A DNA stretch of 64,000 nucleotides from Vicinamibacterales bacterium (lineage in GTDB: Bacteria > Acidobacteriota > Vicinamibacteria > Vicinamibacterales > UBA8438): positions 6,463,972-6,527,971 of the forward strand of contig CBDBMZ010000003.1 of NCBI GenBank assembly GCA_965207615.1. Reading direction: 5' to 3'. Shown here piece after piece: positions 62,662 through 64,000 of the stretch. The notes beneath the pieces were generated by a model. It had not been told where the DNA came from. It saw only the letters and a list, made by a program, of their open reading frames with translations, and made no database searches. Positions within the stretch are counted from its first letter, which is position 1. Every line of letters begins with the position of its first letter. Both the position numbers and the translations under genes were made by a program.

Positions 62662-63206
62662 TGCACACCATCCCCGGGCGAGTGGGCGCCTTCCGCCGCC
62701 TCTCGCGGCGGCAGGGCCATGACGGAGCGGTCGCGGTCGTAGCGCCGCTCGAACACCACGACGTTCCGATCGCCGTCGCGGCGGTAGCGCATCTCCTGAG
62801 CGAAGGCCTGCACCAGGCAGAGCCCCAACCCCCCGACCGGCACGTCGTCGAGATGGGATCGATCGTCGAAATCGGGCGTCACGAACGAAACCGGATCGAA
62901 GGACTCGCCCGGCCAGTCGAACACGAGCCCGACGCTGTCGCCCGAGAAGGCGACCGAGATCTGGAGCAGCGCGCCGGGGTCCGGCCGGGCATGGCGAACC
63001 ACGTTGGCGACCAGCTCGTCGACGACCACGCTGAGGCCGTAGACGACCGCGCCCGGCGCGTCGTGCCAGCGCCCGACGGTCTCGATCATCGTGATGAGGG
63101 GGCCGATCTCGCCGAGCCGGGCGGGAAACCGAACGGAGAACTGATCGCCGGCCACGGTGGGCGAAACGGGGCTGACACGGTCCGGAACGGCAGGAGTCGT
63201 GTTCAC
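62658..63206 (-). CDS. Anti-sigma regulatory factor, Ser/Thr kinase (RsbW/SpoIIAB-like, HATPase_c_2)
   Basis: LSVVVDELVANVVRHA (N-box), VGGLGLCLVQAFAQEMRY (G-box). ATGA overlap with the STAS gene. GTG start. Confidence 0.8.
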   Translation of the reverse strand: MNTTPAVPDRVSPVSPTVAGDQFSVRFPARLGEIGPLITMIETVGRWHDAPGAVVYGLSVVVDELVANVVRHARPDPGALLQISVAFSGDSVGLVFDWPGESFDPVSFVTPDFDDRSHLDDVPVGGLGLCLVQAFAQEMRYRRDGDRNVVVFERRYDRDRSVMALPPREAAEGAHSPGDGVQ

Positions 63207-63214
63207 GGATACAC

Positions 63215-63302
63215 CTGGCCCGGAGAGCGTCGCCTACGGCTCCGCTCGCCGCCCAACCAACCCTGCCAGGAGTCTGCACCGTTCTACGGCGCAGACTCCT
63301 GG
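63215..63302 (-). repeat. Hairpin-containing intergenic repeat, copy F (inverted orientation)
   Basis: The reverse complement reads CCAGGAGTCTGCGCCGTAGAACGGTGCAGACTCCTGGCAGGGTTGGTTGGGCGGCGAGCGGAGCCGTAGGCGACGCTCTCCGGGCCAG. It begins 9 nt upstream of the RsbW-like start. Confidence 0.8.
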
Positions 63303-63667
63303 TGTCACGGAAACCGACCGGCACGACTGGCCGGCGGCGAACACCGAAACCGCAGTATACGACGGATGCCGCCGGTGACGGCCCCGGGCGGGCAGCGGCG
63401 CTCCGGTCGAAGCGAGCGTCCCCGACGCTCGGCCCGTCGGCGCCGTGACGGCGCCGGCGCGGTTGACGCCAGGCGCGAAGGCCGTGGTACGCTTGCAGTC
63501 GCGTGCGCCGGTCTGCCGTTCGTTCGTCGCGTGACGCCGCCGGCCGGACGGGCCGTTGCCCGTGCTGGTCCAGCCGCGTGGCGAGCACGGGGCCGGGCCG
63601 CGATTTGGCTGGCAGAACCGGCCGGCAGGGTCGAAAGGGTTGCCGTAGGTCGTTTGTTCCAAAGCAC

Positions 63668-63744
63668 GCGCCCGTAGCTCAGCTGGATAGAGCATCGGCC
63701 TTCTAAGCCGAGGGTCGCAGGTTCGAATCCTGCCGGGCGTGCCA
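63668..63744 (+). tRNA. tRNA-Arg (TCT anticodon)
   Basis: GCGCCCGTAGCTCAGCTGGATAGAGCATCGGCCTTCTAAGCCGAGGGTCGCAGGTTCGAATCCTGCCGGGCGTGCCA. Cloverleaf folded by hand, anticodon loop CTTCTAA, CCA encoded. Confidence 0.9.
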
Positions 63745-63751
63745 ACTCTCC

Positions 63752-63787
63752 AGGCCCTTTTCTGCACGGAAAAGGGCCTTTTTTGTT
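63752..63787 (+). terminator. Rho-independent terminator after tRNA-Arg
   Basis: AGGCCCTTTTC-TGCACG-GAAAAGGGCCT followed by TTTTTGTT. Confidence 0.85.
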
Positions 63788-64000
63788 GGGTTTTCTCTCG
63801 ATTGCCCGCTTCGAGCCCGGTGTGCCGGTCCGGTCAGAAACGGTCAGAAATTGCCACAAAGCGCCCCGATGGGGCATCAAAAGTTAGCAATAAAGTTAGC
63901 GCCACCGCGAGAGCAGTGCCAGGGACCCGAGGGGCGGCTCAGAGAGCCTGAACGCAGGCGGACCACCTCCTGGAACATCGGCGGCCGCTCGTCGATGGCC

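Noticed and set aside
21961-63302. Whether the recurring hairpin repeats could be a CRISPR array
   Set aside because: The copies are kilobases apart and in both orientations, are ~85 bp long with indel variants, and no cas genes are present. This is a dispersed REP/MITE-like family, not CRISPR.

Overview
High-G+C bacterial window (G+C judged by eye, not computed). The PadR regulator plus ADOP-type FtsX permeases suggest an Acidobacteriota-like genome; this is inference. I saw no rRNA genes and no CRISPR array.

Ordinary blocks:
- A 5'-truncated TonB-dependent receptor
- An ECF sigma factor and an NCS2 permease
- A carboxylesterase and an alpha/beta hydrolase
- A PEP-utilising, rifampicin-phosphotransferase-like enzyme
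- An osmoprotectant-type ABC transporter
- aceE-aceF
- A six-gene coxSLMDEG-like cluster whose large subunit carries the form-II motif AYRGAGR
- A PEP-mutase/isocitrate-lyase family gene
- tRNA-His and tRNA-Arg
- A partner-switching set: two PP2C/SpoIIE phosphatases, a STAS protein and an RsbW-like kinase

Accessory content:
1. A mosaic island at about 7.6-15.9 kb. Its only intact-looking cargo is a lower-G+C two-gene cassette: a 109-aa multi-pass membrane protein and an 881-aa membrane-anchored caspase-like (His/Cys dyad) protein with a large unrecognised C-terminal domain. It lies beside integrase debris, an IS630 copy and FtsX gene fragments. This is my top candidate for an undescribed system.
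2. A translationally coupled operon at 41.8-44.3 kb (vapBC, an internally duplicated small protein, a 91-aa protein, and an HNH nuclease with an APHKPLLLL-type N-terminal domain). It converges on a gene of the family annotated as phosphorothioation-associated methyltransferase. No dnd genes are in view.
3. Two VapBC pairs, an orphan HigA-like antitoxin and an AAA/DUF4143 ATPase.
4. An ~85-bp hairpin-containing intergenic repeat family with at least 6 copies. Two inverted copies exactly bracket the STAS/RsbW operon.
5. A TIR-bounded IS630 deletion derivative inserted at a stop codon.
6. Three tandem ADOP permease genes, all apparently disrupted.

Caveat: most apparent frameshifts fall in short G or C runs, so many 'pseudogenes' may be assembly indels. 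The local inversions and internal deletions cannot be explained that way.
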